This document shows positions 20,954 through 34,716 of a stretch of 64,000 bases of DNA, piece after piece. The notes under the pieces were generated by a model. It did not search any database and had not been told where the DNA came from. It saw nothing but the letters and a program-made list of their open reading frames with translations. A program made the translations under genes and the position numbers. How positions within the stretch are numbered: the stretch's first letter is position 1; each line of letters opens with the position of its first letter. Origin of the DNA: Chrysomallon squamiferum (taxonomy: Eukaryota > Animalia > Mollusca); assembly GCA_012295275.1 (NCBI GenBank), contig CM022678.1:4774001-4838000 (forward strand), written 5' to 3'.

Positions 20954-21729
20954 TAGATAGATAGATATAGATATAGATAGATAGATATATGCATGTATGT
21001 ATGTATGTATGTATGTATGCAAATATGTGTGCATGCATGTCTATTGTGTGCACATATGTCTTTATGTTTGGGTGGGTGTGTGTGTATGTTTTCGCGCGCG
21101 TGTGTCTGTGTGTGTGTGTGTGTGTATGTGTGTTTGTGTTTGAGATTCTGCAAAGCACCTGTACTTATGGTCCATCGACACTCTTTCGATGTATTTTTGC
21201 TGATTTTTGAACGTTTCGTTTATGCTCTGTATCAATTTCTACCTGAATAGAAAATTTCAAGTCTTATCTTTCTGTTTAATGGACGAATGTTGAATCTAAG
21301 TGAGCAATGCAATAGGTTTTTAACCAGCTGCTCGACATGGGTCAGCGATCGTATATCGGAAACTTCATTCATACAGTGCTTTTTACACCACGGTGTTAAC
21401 TCCGGCTCCATTCTTCCGAAACCAAACTCGAGCAAAAAGAACGATCAGTTGCGTTCCTTTACTTGTTTGTCCGATATAAATTTATCTACTTCCCGAAAGC
21501 AGTAGACAGACAACCTTGATGAAAAACCAGTCAGAAATCGTCTGGGTATGTCGATCTTCCTTAACCAGGACTTCCTGAATTCTGCTTCAAGGTTGTAATT
21601 GTTGTTGAGCAAGATAGCCATTCTTTTCATAAGACGTCTATTTAACGGCATAAATTGCGATTTAAAGGATTAAATCTTTGGTGAACTGTTACGTACACTG
21701 CGTGACTGTGTCTTCGCCTTTGTTAATAA

Positions 21730-21863
<134 letters not shown>

Positions 21864-23155
21864 ATAGTTGTTATAAGAAATATTAGACATATTTTACTAG
21901 TATCTTACAAGTGTTTAGCAACTGCACAAAATTCTCAGTGTTAAAATAGCGTGTTAAATCAACTATTAATTTGAGTTGTATTTCGAATCGTCATTCTGAA
22001 CTCTGCTGGTAGTTTGTTTATCGGTATAATACTTTTCTTGAAATCAACCGAAGGGAGGTAAGTCGGTCTGTTTAGCAAGGACGCAAAATCGCAGCAGACT
22101 GAGTTACTTAAATGCAGAGTGGGGAAACCAGTTAAAACAATATTATTTCACAAGTATACAAAAAAAAAAAGAACAAAAAAAGTGTTACTAGTTGTAAGAT
22201 ATCATTAGACAACTAGATGGCAAATTTCAAAATAAGTAAATAAATAACTAACTAAATAAGTAAATTTCTTTTTTTTCTTATTCGTTTGTTTCTTTGTTTG
22301 TTTATTTATTTATTTACTTATTTATTTATATATTCATATATTTATATATGTACACACAATAAAGCCGAACCATACAAAGAGAGATGATATAAAATATCGT
22401 AATTAATGGTGTTAACTGATTTTTAAAATAAGATTTATGTCATCTTTAGGTGGATATGTTTGACTGATATCGTCATCCATCTCTGCGAATGGGTTCCTTT
22501 CTCCTTTGTGAGGTGCCAATAATTTCCCGAACGTCGTCTAAGACCAGATACTAATAGGATTCAAATAAGGCAAGAGAAAGTTTATTCAGAAATACACACT
22601 ATATACAGATATGCACATATAACCAAAACCAATAATAAAAAATAAATATAATAACAATAATAATAATAATAATTTTTATTAAAAATTTGCAGTTTGGAAA
22701 GAAATTATTTAACTAATATGAACAAAGTGATCTAAATGGTTAAAAATAGAGATTATATATAAGTAAAAAAAAAAAAAAAAATAATTATGTCTATTATACG
22801 TAAAGCTGAACAGTGATTATTTACGATTCAGTGAACATCCCTCAGTGAACACATATTCACAATACCCTGACTTGTAATACATTTAGAATACACAATGTCT
22901 TAATTAGCACATATTTGGAATATATACTTCATTCTAAAATCATATTCAGAAATTACACTACCTCTCTTAACATATATATATCTAGAAAGCCTCTTAAAAT
23001 ATATTTAGATCATGCGATGCCTAACTCAAAACATACATAATACATGCTCTGCACCAGAATTTATAGAATATACAAAATGTCACATATTTAGAACACACAA
23101 TACTTCTTTAAAATATATTTAGAAAATCGAACAGTTCTCTTAACACACACACACA

Positions 23156-23192
<37 letters not shown>

Positions 23193-23391
23193 GTATAAAA
23201 AATATAAAATCCGTATGTTGATAGATATTTAGAATATGCGATGCCTCACTGTGCTCATATATGGAATAAAAACTGTTTCAGTTAATATATATTTAAAGTA
23301 TACAATACCTCAAAATATTGAGTATCTCACTTATTACATAATTGTTTCATATCTTGCTATCTGTTCAAGCGACCAGTTCACGTTTACTTCA

Positions 23392-26052
23392 CTATTTGAG
23401 AAGATGATTTAGGACCTCCCAAGACGTTTCATCACTTTCGTCAGGGATTGGCAGAATGGAATCTTCTTCAGTCACACACAGAAGATTGTCTGGCACCTGG
23501 AAAGGATTGTGCTTGTCTCGCAGGAGGATGAGTCGTTTTGGTATCAACTCGGCAATGGAGTAGAGGGCTGCAGCGTGAGTCGTGTACACGAACCATTCGT
23601 CTTCCAGAAAGTTCTCCGATATAACCAGAACCATTTTCCAGCTGTTACGAATTGCTGTCAGAATGGAATTCGCTCTGTCCTCTCCGGGAATTCCGTCTCG
23701 GTCGTGAAGGTAGATTCGATAGTTAAATCGATCTTCCAAAGTTACTCTCAGTTTTGTGCAGGCAAATTCGTAATCTTGTTCTGCGTATCCTACAAAGACG
23801 TCGTACTGGAAATCCTCTCGTTTTGGAACTCTGACACCTTTGGTGAAAAGTTTAACGAAAAATACAACAATCTGAGTCTTGTGCTTGAGAACCAGAACAA
23901 AACAAAGAAACGAAGCTATGCAAAACGCAAACAGCAGTGTCGATATGAAGAGGGCATTTCTCCCCGTGCATTTTTGCCATAACTCGTCTTCGTCAATGGA
24001 GTCAAAAGGAACACGAATGTCACTCCCAAAATAACAGTAGTAGGAAAAATTATGAAATCTCGTGTCAAGGTATGTTGCTGTTTTCATCCAAAGAACGAAG
24101 TCCATTGTTTCACAAGTACAAGAAAAGGGATTACCTAGTAAGAATAAAGTGAAATTCGTTTTATTATTGGCATGATTATCCAGTGACTGCATTGATTGTT
24201 GACTGAGAGAGGTTATGGAGTTGTGAGACAAATCTAGTATTTCCAGATGTGGCGTGTAATCTAAGTTGAATGGAATGTCACTAAAAAAGTTATTGGACAG
24301 AGACATATGTCTCAAATTCTTGTTCGAGCGAAACACTTCTTCCTGAAGACCATGTAACTGGTTCTCAGCAAGCTCCAGCGTTTCGAGCTGAACCAGTTTC
24401 TCAAAGAGTCGAGCAGAATGTTGAAGGAAATAGTTTCTAGGAAGACCCACTCCGTTTAAGTTGAGATTCCTTAAAGCATGAAAATTATCGAAAAATGCTT
24501 CGTCGAGTATCAGATGTCTGATATAAGCAAGTTTCAAAGTGTTAAGTTTGTTCATTCCATATACAGTCGCTTCTAACTGGACCGTTTCGGCGTAACTTAT
24601 TGATACATTTTCCACGATGTTATTCGATGTGACATTTACGATGCTGTCTTTCGTTAACTTGAGTATGTATTGAGTGGTATCCATAAAGAAAGTCTTCAAT
24701 TTCGGTGGCAAAGGTATGAGATAGGTTTGCTTATCTTGCAGGGAATTAAATTGTTGTCGGTCACCAGGCCGATAAGTCGAACCTAGGGCAGATGTGTAAA
24801 TGTATTCTAAACTTAAGTGAGCAAGATGGGGTACAAGAGATCCGACGTTGTACAAACCATAGACTGCATTTCCACTGAAGTAAAGTTTAAGAAGACAGCT
24901 GGCAATTCTTTGACCCAAAATACTTATATAGTCAATATAAAGAATGCGATTGTTTGCCAAATTCAATTCGGATATGCACATACTTGCTGCATACCAAAGT
25001 GTATCCTTCCATAATATTTCATCGATCACAGTAACCTTCGCCAGTTGTTCATAACGTTTATACGCTACACTTTCCAAGTCTACAGAGGTAAGGTTCCTTC
25101 CGCGAAGACCATACAAACTGAGAAATGCTTTGTGCAATCCCAGGCGATTGTCGTTGTTCAGTTTTAATATTTTCAGAGACACCAGTGGTGCATAAGCATT
25201 CACTTCTATGTTGTGAAGACTTGTACAGAACGATAAGTCGAGGGTATGGATGATGGAAGAAGAGAAAACTGTGAAAGTATCGTTGAAGATTTGTAAAACC
25301 TGGCAGTTTGCTTCACGTCCTGAGAAAGATAGATGTCGAAGATTCATCAGATGTTTATAGTCCTCGCTAAATATCAGGTTTTCTCCAGAATCTACTGTTA
25401 AATTCTCAAGAGATTTCACGTTTTTGAGAACGGGACCAATGAATTTCAAAACAGCTTTACCGTGAACATTCTTTCCTATGTTGAGGTACCTCAGTTGTGT
25501 CAGATTAGAGAAAACGTCCACTGGAAATGAGAGACTGTTGTACTGGAGTGTGTTATTTTGTAAGTATAAGATCAGTAATTTTTCACAGCCAGCAAAAGCA
25601 TTGGGTGGAAGATATTTTAGACCATTGGTGTTGAGATTCAAATACACGAGATTGGTGTAACCGATGAAGTCACCTTGTTTTATAGTTATTTTGTTTTTGC
25701 TGACATCTAAAGCTGTAATGTTTTCTTCTGGCTTCGAGTTATTATTAAAACGAGGAATTCTGGTTAGATTTCTTCCGCTACAGTCAGCGAACAGTCCTCC
25801 GTACTTGACAGAATGTACAATACTACAGTTTCCTTGATGTTTCTCGTTTGCAAGTGAACCGGAAAATCTCACAATGAAAAGAAGTGTCCAGAAGATCAAA
25901 CGACGAATCTAAAGGAAAATAAAAATAAATAATGTATATATCAATTAATATTTTAAGTTTGAAAATTGAAATGATCTGATTTAATACAAAATATTGGGAG
26001 TTAAATAGAAATATCGATATTATTAATTCAGTGTAAAATTACTTACTCTCAT
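23392..26052 (-). CDS. Toll-like receptor copy 2, intact, ~840 aa, single cysteine cluster type. Main exon 25908-23392; start ATG AGA 26052-26047 (alternative starts 26770-26762, 28157-28149)
   Basis: Signal peptide, LRRNT (ADCSGRNLTRIP), LRRs, LRRCT (NPFSCTC), TM (ISTLLFAFCIASFLCFVLVL), TIR box1 YDVFVGY and box2 LHDRDGIPG. The track 'M' is TTG; AG acceptor at 25909-25910 is in phase 0. Confidence 0.96.
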
Positions 26053-26761
26053 TTGGTCGAATTCCCAACAACAGATATAATCCAGTAGTCTTACTGATAT
26101 GCATTACAATGAACTGTTTTAAATTAGGTGCGATCGGATTATCATAATTTTTAAATAATTAAAGAAGAAGGTTTCGATATATAAAAATAGTTATCATAAG
26201 ATAAGATAAGATAATGAATTATTTCCCATATGAAAATTCTTTGTGCATCACAGCGTTAGGATTCATGAAAATACGATAAGTGACAACATATCACATGGGG
26301 GAGATACAATGAACAAGAAAGCAATAAAAATTTCAAAATTAAACTGCGTTTGGAACATAAGATGGTAATAGCTCATATTTTGGGGTGGTCGATTTTCTAA
26401 AACAAAAGGAACAGAATATAAGAAGGGAGACAGTGTTGAACAAGTGATAAGGTAATGTTTACACAACAGAGAAGTAGTCATGATACGACACCTGTAAGGG
26501 CACACTTTTCAAATAAACGACTTCCTTGTGTGAAATTGTTAATTTTTAAAATAAAACAAAAGAATCGTGTTATTAATTTGTTTCAGCAAGAAGAAAAAAA
26601 AAAAAAAAAGACGAGGTGATACATCTCTATAATCTCACTTTTATTTAAACAATTAATTTGCGTATAATACCAAATGAACAAGAACTGAAATGAACAAAGT
26701 ATTACGCCATTAGCTGTGTCGAATTGCCTAGCAATTAATACAGAGAGGTAAAACTACTTAC

Positions 26762-26770
26762 CCTGTCCAT
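26762..26770 (-). other. TLR first-exon module 2a, ATG GAC AGG | GTAAGT
   Basis: Homologous module; ATG at -9. Confidence 0.65.
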
Positions 26771-27399
26771 AGTAGAATGTTATATCCTTTCCGAGTTTAA
26801 ATAATCAAATTTTATTATTAGTTTAGTTGTTGTTGGTGTTGGAGTTTTTCTGTGCTTGCTTAAATGTTAACGATCAACACTAACACAGCAACAAGGATAA
26901 GTCATCAAAGCGACAAGAAGGAAGTTTGTAAACGAGATTGCTACCCAATCACAGAGAAAAGGCGTTCAAGATAACTGTATTATTCATGACTACTAATCTG
27001 TTTGTTAGTGCTACTAGGCAACTACACCAAGTACGTTCATTCTAGCAAGGACTGATAAATATCAGTTAATATTTTAACTTTGAAATAGGCAGGACATTTA
27101 TCTGATCTGGTATGAAACTCGATGTTCGGACTAAAGAAGAATTCAAATTTCCCATCGCAACTAGGTCCCCATTTTTTTTTTTTTTTTTTTTTTTTCCTCC
27201 AAAGAGGACTAGACAACGTAATACCAGGAGTTGAAGAAGAAAACATATCGTAATAAAATAAAATAAGTAAATAAATAAATAAATAAATCTGATGCTTTTC
27301 CATCGGATCATTTACCTAGAGCACCGAACGGCTTAACTGGCGATTAAAACTGTAAGAAATCTTGACATTTGTAACACAGTGTGAAGTGAAATAACTTAC

Positions 27400-27464
27400 T
27401 CTTATTTCGACGAATTCGCAACAAGATATAATCCAGTAGTCTTACTGATATCCATTACAATGAA
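27400..27464 (-). pseudogene. Dead copy of the TLR cassette start exon (ATG changed to ATA, 65 nt)
   Basis: Aligns to 17577-17643; ends TCGAA ATA AGA|GTAAGT; flanks resemble copy 1. Confidence 0.7.
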
Positions 27465-28148
27465 CTGCTCTAAAGTAGCTGGGAGCCAAATAATAAAAAA
27501 AAGCTTTCTCCATATAAAATGTTTATTATAAGATAAGAGAAGATAATTATTTTTGCGTCACAGAATTAGTCCACACGAGAAAGCGACACTTGACAACGTA
27601 TTACAAGAGGAAGATAGTGTGAACGAAAAGTTAATAATCATTTAAAATGGAAAAGGCGTGTTGGAGTAAAAGATGGTAATGATTCATGTTTTTCAGTCGT
27701 CTGGATTTTCTGAAAGGGCATCATACAAGAAAGAAAGCAGTTTTTCAACATTATAAAAGATTCATTAACTGAAATCACCAGTGGCGTCCAGTTCTATAAC
27801 TGCAGTAATAATAAGGTAATATTTACAGAACAGACAAGTAGTCAGTTTGGACAAAAAAGCATTTCGACCATTTGGGAATTCATCTAAATGATACGACAAC
27901 ACCTGTGAAGGGAAACTTATCACGTAAACTATTTCCTTGTTTGAAATTGTTTATTTTTAAAATAATAATAAGAAATAAAAAAAGTAATCGTGTTATTAAT
28001 TTGATGATATATCTGTGTAATCTTACATTTACTTAGACAATTAATTTATCTTTAATACAAATCAACAAGCAATTAAATAAACGATCTATTACGCCATTAG
28101 CTGTGTCGTTTTGCTTACCAAGTAATACAGAAAGGTGAAACTACTTAC

Positions 28149-28157
28149 CCAAGCCAT
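28149..28157 (-). other. TLR first-exon module 2b, ATG GCT TGG | GTAAGT
   Basis: Homologous module; ATG at -9. Confidence 0.65.
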
Positions 28158-30646
28158 AGCAGAATGTAATTTCTTTCCCAGTTTAAAAAATCAGCTATTA
28201 TTAGTATTATTGTTGTTGTTGTTTCTCTTGTTATTGTTCCTGTTGTTTTGGTTGGTGCTGTTGTTATGCTTGTTTAATTATTGACTGACCAACAGAAACA
28301 TACCAACAAGGCAAAGTGATCACAGCCCAGGAAGGAAATTTTTTATCTAAAATAATTCATTCTAAATATGGAACTAAATAAAGCAGACAGTTTATATAAC
28401 GGGTTAAAATTAGATACCCTACATGGCCATAAATACTATTTTTTAAATTTGGGAAAAAAAAAAAAAAAAAAAAAAATTAAAACGAAAAATTAAAAATTAA
28501 AAAATTAAAAATAAGTAAAAAAAGAAAAATTATGGATTAAAATACTCTGCGGTAAGATTAATCATTGAAGGAGAAAATTATTTTTTCATGAAAGACTTTT
28601 TTTTTCTTTTGTCATGATTGTGGATAATATTAAATCGGCTACTTTTCAGTTCAGAAATGAAACATTAGAGCACGTTGCTCGACTGATAGTAGAAGGCTCT
28701 GTTGTAAAACTGACAAATGTGAATTGTCGAGAAAGCTACATGCACGATCACACAGATAAAACGGGTATTAGACAATTATGCTAATGTTGACCTACTGATC
28801 TCTGTGTCTCAGTGTTTCTAGGCAACCCACACCGAAGAGATCTGAAATGAACAAGGTCATCATTTGTTTGCTTGACACATTAAAAAATCAGGTAGGGAGG
28901 CCTACATTTTGTAAAGTTTTTATTTTCTTCGATTATTACGTGGATACGTTATCGACTCTGAAAAACAAAACATGCAGTAACCAGTTAATCTTCTTCATTT
29001 AGTAATTGTTACCATGGGACTAGTATAGCGAAGGTAGCTCATTTGATACGGACCTTAGCTATTTATTATCGTATATTTATTTATTTATTATAACTCGGGC
29101 AGTACATATTTGAAATATACAATACTTCATTAATATATATTTACAATATACAATAGTACTTTTAACACATATTTAGAAAATACAATAACTGTCTTAATAT
29201 ACATCTATACAAAAAAAGTAAAATATCTCTCTTAATACAAATCTAGAATATATATTTATATACTTGAGAGTATTTATCTTCTATATGATGCACTGCGCCA
29301 ACATGCCCAGTTGATCCAGTGCAGATATGTGTCTTTAGATATTAATAATTTAAAAGAAAATAATAAATCAGGGTATTTGAAGCTGATCCTAAATAATGAA
29401 ATTTTCTTTTAAGCTATCTGAGGGTTTATTTCCCGATCTGCACTAGAATTAGTGGCTGAAATGCCAAAAACGGATCCGAACCTGACTCTCCTGACTTAAA
29501 TGTGCATTTTTGTTTATATATCTATGTTTGTCAGTTTATGTATGAATGCGTGTGTTTAATCATATGTGTATTTGTGGATACGTAAATGATGTCTGCGTAA
29601 AATCTGGTATGAAATGTTTCGTAATTATTACTCTCTCTGTATTTAGCAACTACACAAAATTATCAATGTTAAAATAGCGTGTTAAATCAATAATTAATTT
29701 GAGTTGTGTTTCGAATCGTCATTCTGAACTCTGCTGGTAGTTTGTTTATCAGTATAATACTTTTCTTGAAATCAACCGAAGATCTGTTTCACAAGGACAC
29801 AAACTCGCAGCAGACTGAGTTACTTAAATGCAGGAGTAGGGAAACCAGTTAAAACAAAATTATTTCGCAAGTATACAAGAACAAAAAAAAAGAGAGAAAA
29901 AAAAAGATTTACTAGATATCATTAGAAAAAGAGATGATAAATTTCAAAATAAGTAAATAAATAAATAGGTAAAAATAAGTAATTTTTTTTTTTTGCTTAT
30001 TCGTTTCTTTATTGTTTTTTGGTTTATTTATTATTTATTTATTTACTTATTTATTTATTTATTCATATATTTATTTATGTACAGACAATAAAGCAGAACG
30101 ATACTTTGACATAATGTGAGATGATATAAAATATCGTAATTAATGGTGTTTACTGATTTTTTTAACGTCATCTTTAGCTGGATATATCTGATTCATATCG
30201 TCATCCATCTCTGCGAATGGATTCCTTTCTCCTTTGTGAGGTCGTGACTCGACTTTCTGCGGTCGTATAGCTGAACAGTGAGTATTTACAATTCGGTGAA
30301 CATTCCTCAGTGACCACATAGTCAGAATATGCTATGCTGACTTGCAACATATTTAGAATATAGATTGTCTTAATCAGCACATATCTGGAATATATACATC
30401 CTTCAAAAAACGTTCAGAAATTACATCACCTCTCTTATCATATATATTTATATATAGAAAGCCTCTTAAGATATACTTAGAACATGCAATGCCTAACTCA
30501 AAACGTACATCATATATACAGTGTACCATAATGTATAGCATATATACAAAACTTCACACATTTAGAATACGTAATACTTGTTTAATATATATTTTGAATA
30601 CACAATAGTTGCCTTAACACACACACACAAACACACAGACACAAAC

Positions 30647-30690
<44 letters not shown>

Positions 30691-30852
30691 TGATAGATAT
30701 TTAGAATATGCGATGCCTTACTGTGCATTTATATGGAATAAACAATCCTTCTTTTAATATATATTTAAAATAAACAATACCTCAAAATATTGGTATCTGA
30801 TTTATTACGTAATTGTTTCATACATATCTTGCTATCTGTTCAAGCGACCAGT

Positions 30853-33529
30853 TCACTTCAGAAGACGATTTAGGACTTCCCAAGATGTTTCATCACTTTC
30901 GTCAGGAATTGGCAGAACGGAATCTTCGTGAACCACACACAGAAGATTGTCTGGCACCTGGAAAGGATCGTGCTTGTCTCGCAGGAGGATGAGTCGTTTT
31001 GGTATCAACTCGGCAATGGAGTAGAGGGCTGCAGCGTGAGTCGTGTACACGAACCATTCGTCTTCCAGAAAGTTCTCCGATATAACCAGAACCATTTTCC
31101 AGCTGTTACGAATTGCTGTCAGAATGGAATTCGCTCTGTCCTCTCCGGGAATTCCGTCTCGGTCGTGAAGGTAGATTCGATAGTTAAATCGATCTTCCAA
31201 AATTATTCTCAGTTTTGTGCAGGCAAATTCGTAATCTTGTTCTGCGTATCCTACAAAAACGTCGTACTGGAAATCCTCTCGTTTTGGAATTCTGACACCT
31301 TTGGTGAAAAGTTTAACGAAAAATACAACAATCTGAGTCTTGTGCTTGAGAACCAGAACAAAACAAAGAAACGAAGCTATGCAAAACGCAAACAGCAGTA
31401 TCGATATGAAGAGGACATTTCTTCCCGTGCATTTTTGCCATAACTGGTCCTCGTCAATGTCGTCAAAAAGAACACGGCTGTCACTCCCAAAATAACAGTG
31501 GTATGAAAAGTTATGAAATCTCGTGTCAAGGTATGTTGCTCTTTTCATCCAAAGAACGAAGTCCATTGTTTCACAAGTACAAGAAAAGGGATTGCCTAGT
31601 AAGAATAAAGTGAAATTCGTTTTATTATTGGCATGATTATCTAATGACTGAATTGATTGTAGACTGAGAGAGGTTATTGAGTTGTGAGATAAATCTAGCA
31701 TTTCCAGATGTGGCGTGTAATCTAATTTGAATGGTATTTCCCTAAAAAAGTTACTGGACAGAGAGATACGTCTCAAATTCTTGTTCGAGCGAAAAACTTC
31801 TTCTTGAAAATCGTGAATGTTGTTCTCAGCAAGCTCCAGCGTTTCTAGCCGAACTAGTTTCTCAAACAATCGAGCAGAATGCCGAAGGAAATAATTTCTA
31901 GGAAGACCCACACCGTTTAAATTGAGATTCCTTAAAGCGTGAAAATTATCGAAAAATGCTTCGTCGAGTATGAGTTGTCTGATATAAGCAAGTTTCAAGG
32001 TTTTAAGTTTGTTCATTCCATACACAGTCGCTTCTAACTGGACCGTTTCGGCGTAACTTATTGATACATTTTCCACGATGTTATTCGATGTTACATTTAC
32101 GATGCTGCCTTCCGGTAACTTGAGTATGTACTCAGTGTTATCCATAAAGAAAGTCTTCAATTTCGGTGGCAAAGGTATGAGATAGGTTCTCTTACCCTGC
32201 ACGAAATTAGACTGCTGTCGGTTAGCGGGCAAATATGTCGAACCTTGAGCAGATATGTAAATGAATTCTAGACCTAAGTGTGAAAGATGGGGTACAAGAG
32301 ATCCAACGTTGTACAAACCATGGATTGCATTCCCACTGAAGTAAAGTTTAAGAAGACAGCTGGCAATTCTTTGACCCAAAATACTTATATAGTCAATATA
32401 AAGAATTCGATTGTTTGCCAAATTCATTTCTGATAGACAGATACTTGATCCATACCAAAGTGTATCCTTCCATAATATTTCATCGATCACAGTAACCTTC
32501 GCCAGTTCTTCATAACGTTTATATTCTACACTTTCAAAGTCTACAGAGGTAATGTTTCTTTTCCGAAGACCATACAAACTGAGAAATGCTTTGTGCAATC
32601 CCAGACGATAGTCGTTGCTGAGTTTTAATATTTTGAGAGACACAAGTGGTGCATAAGCATTCACTTCTATGTTGTGAAGACGTGTACAGAACGATAAGTC
32701 GAGAGTATGGATGATGGAAGAGTTGAAAATCATGAAAGTATCGTTGAAGATTTGTGAAACGTGGCAGTTTGCTTCACGTCCTGAGAAAGACAGATGCAGA
32801 AGATTCATCAGATGTTTATAGTCCTCGCTAAATGTCAGATTATCTCCAGAATCTACTGTTAGATTCTCAAGAGATTTAACGTTTCTGAGAACGGAACCAA
32901 TAAATTTCAAATCAGCTTTACCCTGAACATTTTTTCCTATATTGAGATACCTAAGGTGTGTCAGATTAGATAAAACGTCCACTGGAAATGATATGTTGTT
33001 GTACTGGAGTGTGTTATTTTTTAAGTATAAGATCTCTAACTTTTCACAGGCTGCAAAAGCATTGGGTGGAAGATATTTTAGACCATTTTTGTTGAGATTC
33101 AAATACACGAGATTGGTGTAACCGATGAAGTCACCTTGTTTTATAGTTATTTTGTTTTTGCTGACATCTAAAGCCGTAATTTTTTCTTTCAGCTTCGAGT
33201 TATTATTAAAACGAGGAATTCTGGTTAGGTTTGTTCCGCTACAGTCAGCGAACAGTCCTCCGTACTTGACAGAATGTACAATACTACAGTTTCCTTGATG
33301 TTTCTCGTTTGCAAGTGAACCGGAAAATCTCACAATGAAAAGAAGTGTCAAGAAGATCAAACGACGAATCTAAAGGAGAATAAAAATAAATAATGTGTTA
33401 TTAGAATCCGTAGATATCAATTAATATTTTAACTTTGAAAATTGAAATGGTCTGATATGATAAAAATATCGGGACTTAAATAGGAATCTCGATATTATTA
33501 ATTCAGTGTAAAATTACTTTCTCTCGCAT
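30853..33529 (-). CDS. Toll-like receptor copy 3, intact, ~842 aa. Main exon 33369-30853; start ATG CGA GAG AAA 33529-33518 (alternative starts 34258-34250, 34716-34708)
   Basis: 835-aa ORF with the same LRR/LRRCT/TM/TIR architecture; acceptor at 33370-33371, phase 0. Confidence 0.96.
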
Positions 33530-34249
33530 TTGGTCGAATTCCCAACAACAGATGTAATCCAGTGGTCTTACTGATATGCATTACAATGAACTGTTTTAAA
33601 TTAGGAGCGAACCGATTATCATAGTTTTTAAAGAATTAAAAAACGTTTCGCCATATAAAAAATATTTATCATAACATAAGATAAGATAATGAATTATTTC
33701 CCATATGAAAATTCTTTTTGCATCAGAGGGTTAGGACTCTTACGAAAATACAAAACGTGACAACATATTGCATGAGTGAGATTTGAAAATTAAACTGCGT
33801 TTGGAACAGAAGATGGTAGTAGCTCATATTTTTTGGTGGTTTGGATTTTCTAAAACAAAAGGAACAGAATACAAGAAGGGAGACAGTGTTTATCAAGTGA
33901 TAAGGTAATGTTTACACAACAGAGAAGTAGCCATGTTTCGACCAATGATAGGACACCTGTAAAGGCATGCTTTTCAAATAAACTACTTCCTTGTGTAAAA
34001 TTCTCAATTTTTATAATAAAACTTAAGAATCCGGTTATTAGTTTTTTTCAAACTGACAATGAAAGAATAACCACAGAAACAAAGAAAAGAAAAAAAAGAC
34101 GAGATAATACATCTCTATAATCTCACATTTATTTAGACAATTAATTTGTGTATAATACCAAATGAACAAGCAATGAAATGAACAAACTATTACGCCATTA
34201 GCTCTGTCGTTTCGCTTAGCAAGTATTACGGATAGGTAAAACTACTTAC

Positions 34250-34258
34250 CAAGGACAT
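34250..34258 (-). other. TLR first-exon module 3a, ATG TCC TTG | GTAAGT
   Basis: Homologous module; ATG at -9. Confidence 0.65.
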
Positions 34259-34707
34259 AGTAGAATGTTATATCCTTTCCGAGTTTAAATAATCAGTAGT
34301 TAGTATTATTGTAGTACTTGTTGGAGTTGGAGTTCTTGTTGTGCTTGCTTAAATGTTAACGATCAACACTAACACAGCAACAAGGATGTGTGATCAAAGC
34401 GACAAGAAGGATGTTTGTAAACGAGATTTCTACCCAATCACAGATTTAGAAGATAGCTATGTTATTCCTGACTACTAAATGATACGTAACCTGTGAAGGG
34501 AAAGTTATCACGTAAACTATATGAAATTATTTATAAAAAAAAAAAAAAAAAAAAAAAACGAGGTGATATATATCTGTAATCTGATTTTTATTTAGACAAT
34601 TAATTTATCTTTAATACAAGTCAACAAGCAATTAAATAAACGATCTATTACGCCATTAGCTGTGTCGTTTTGCTTACCAAGTAATACAGAAAGGTGAAAC
34701 TACTTAC

Positions 34708-34716
34708 CCAAGCCAT
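34708..34716 (-). other. TLR first-exon module 3b, ATG GCT TGG | GTAAGT
   Basis: Nearly identical to module 2b; ATG at -9. Confidence 0.65.
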
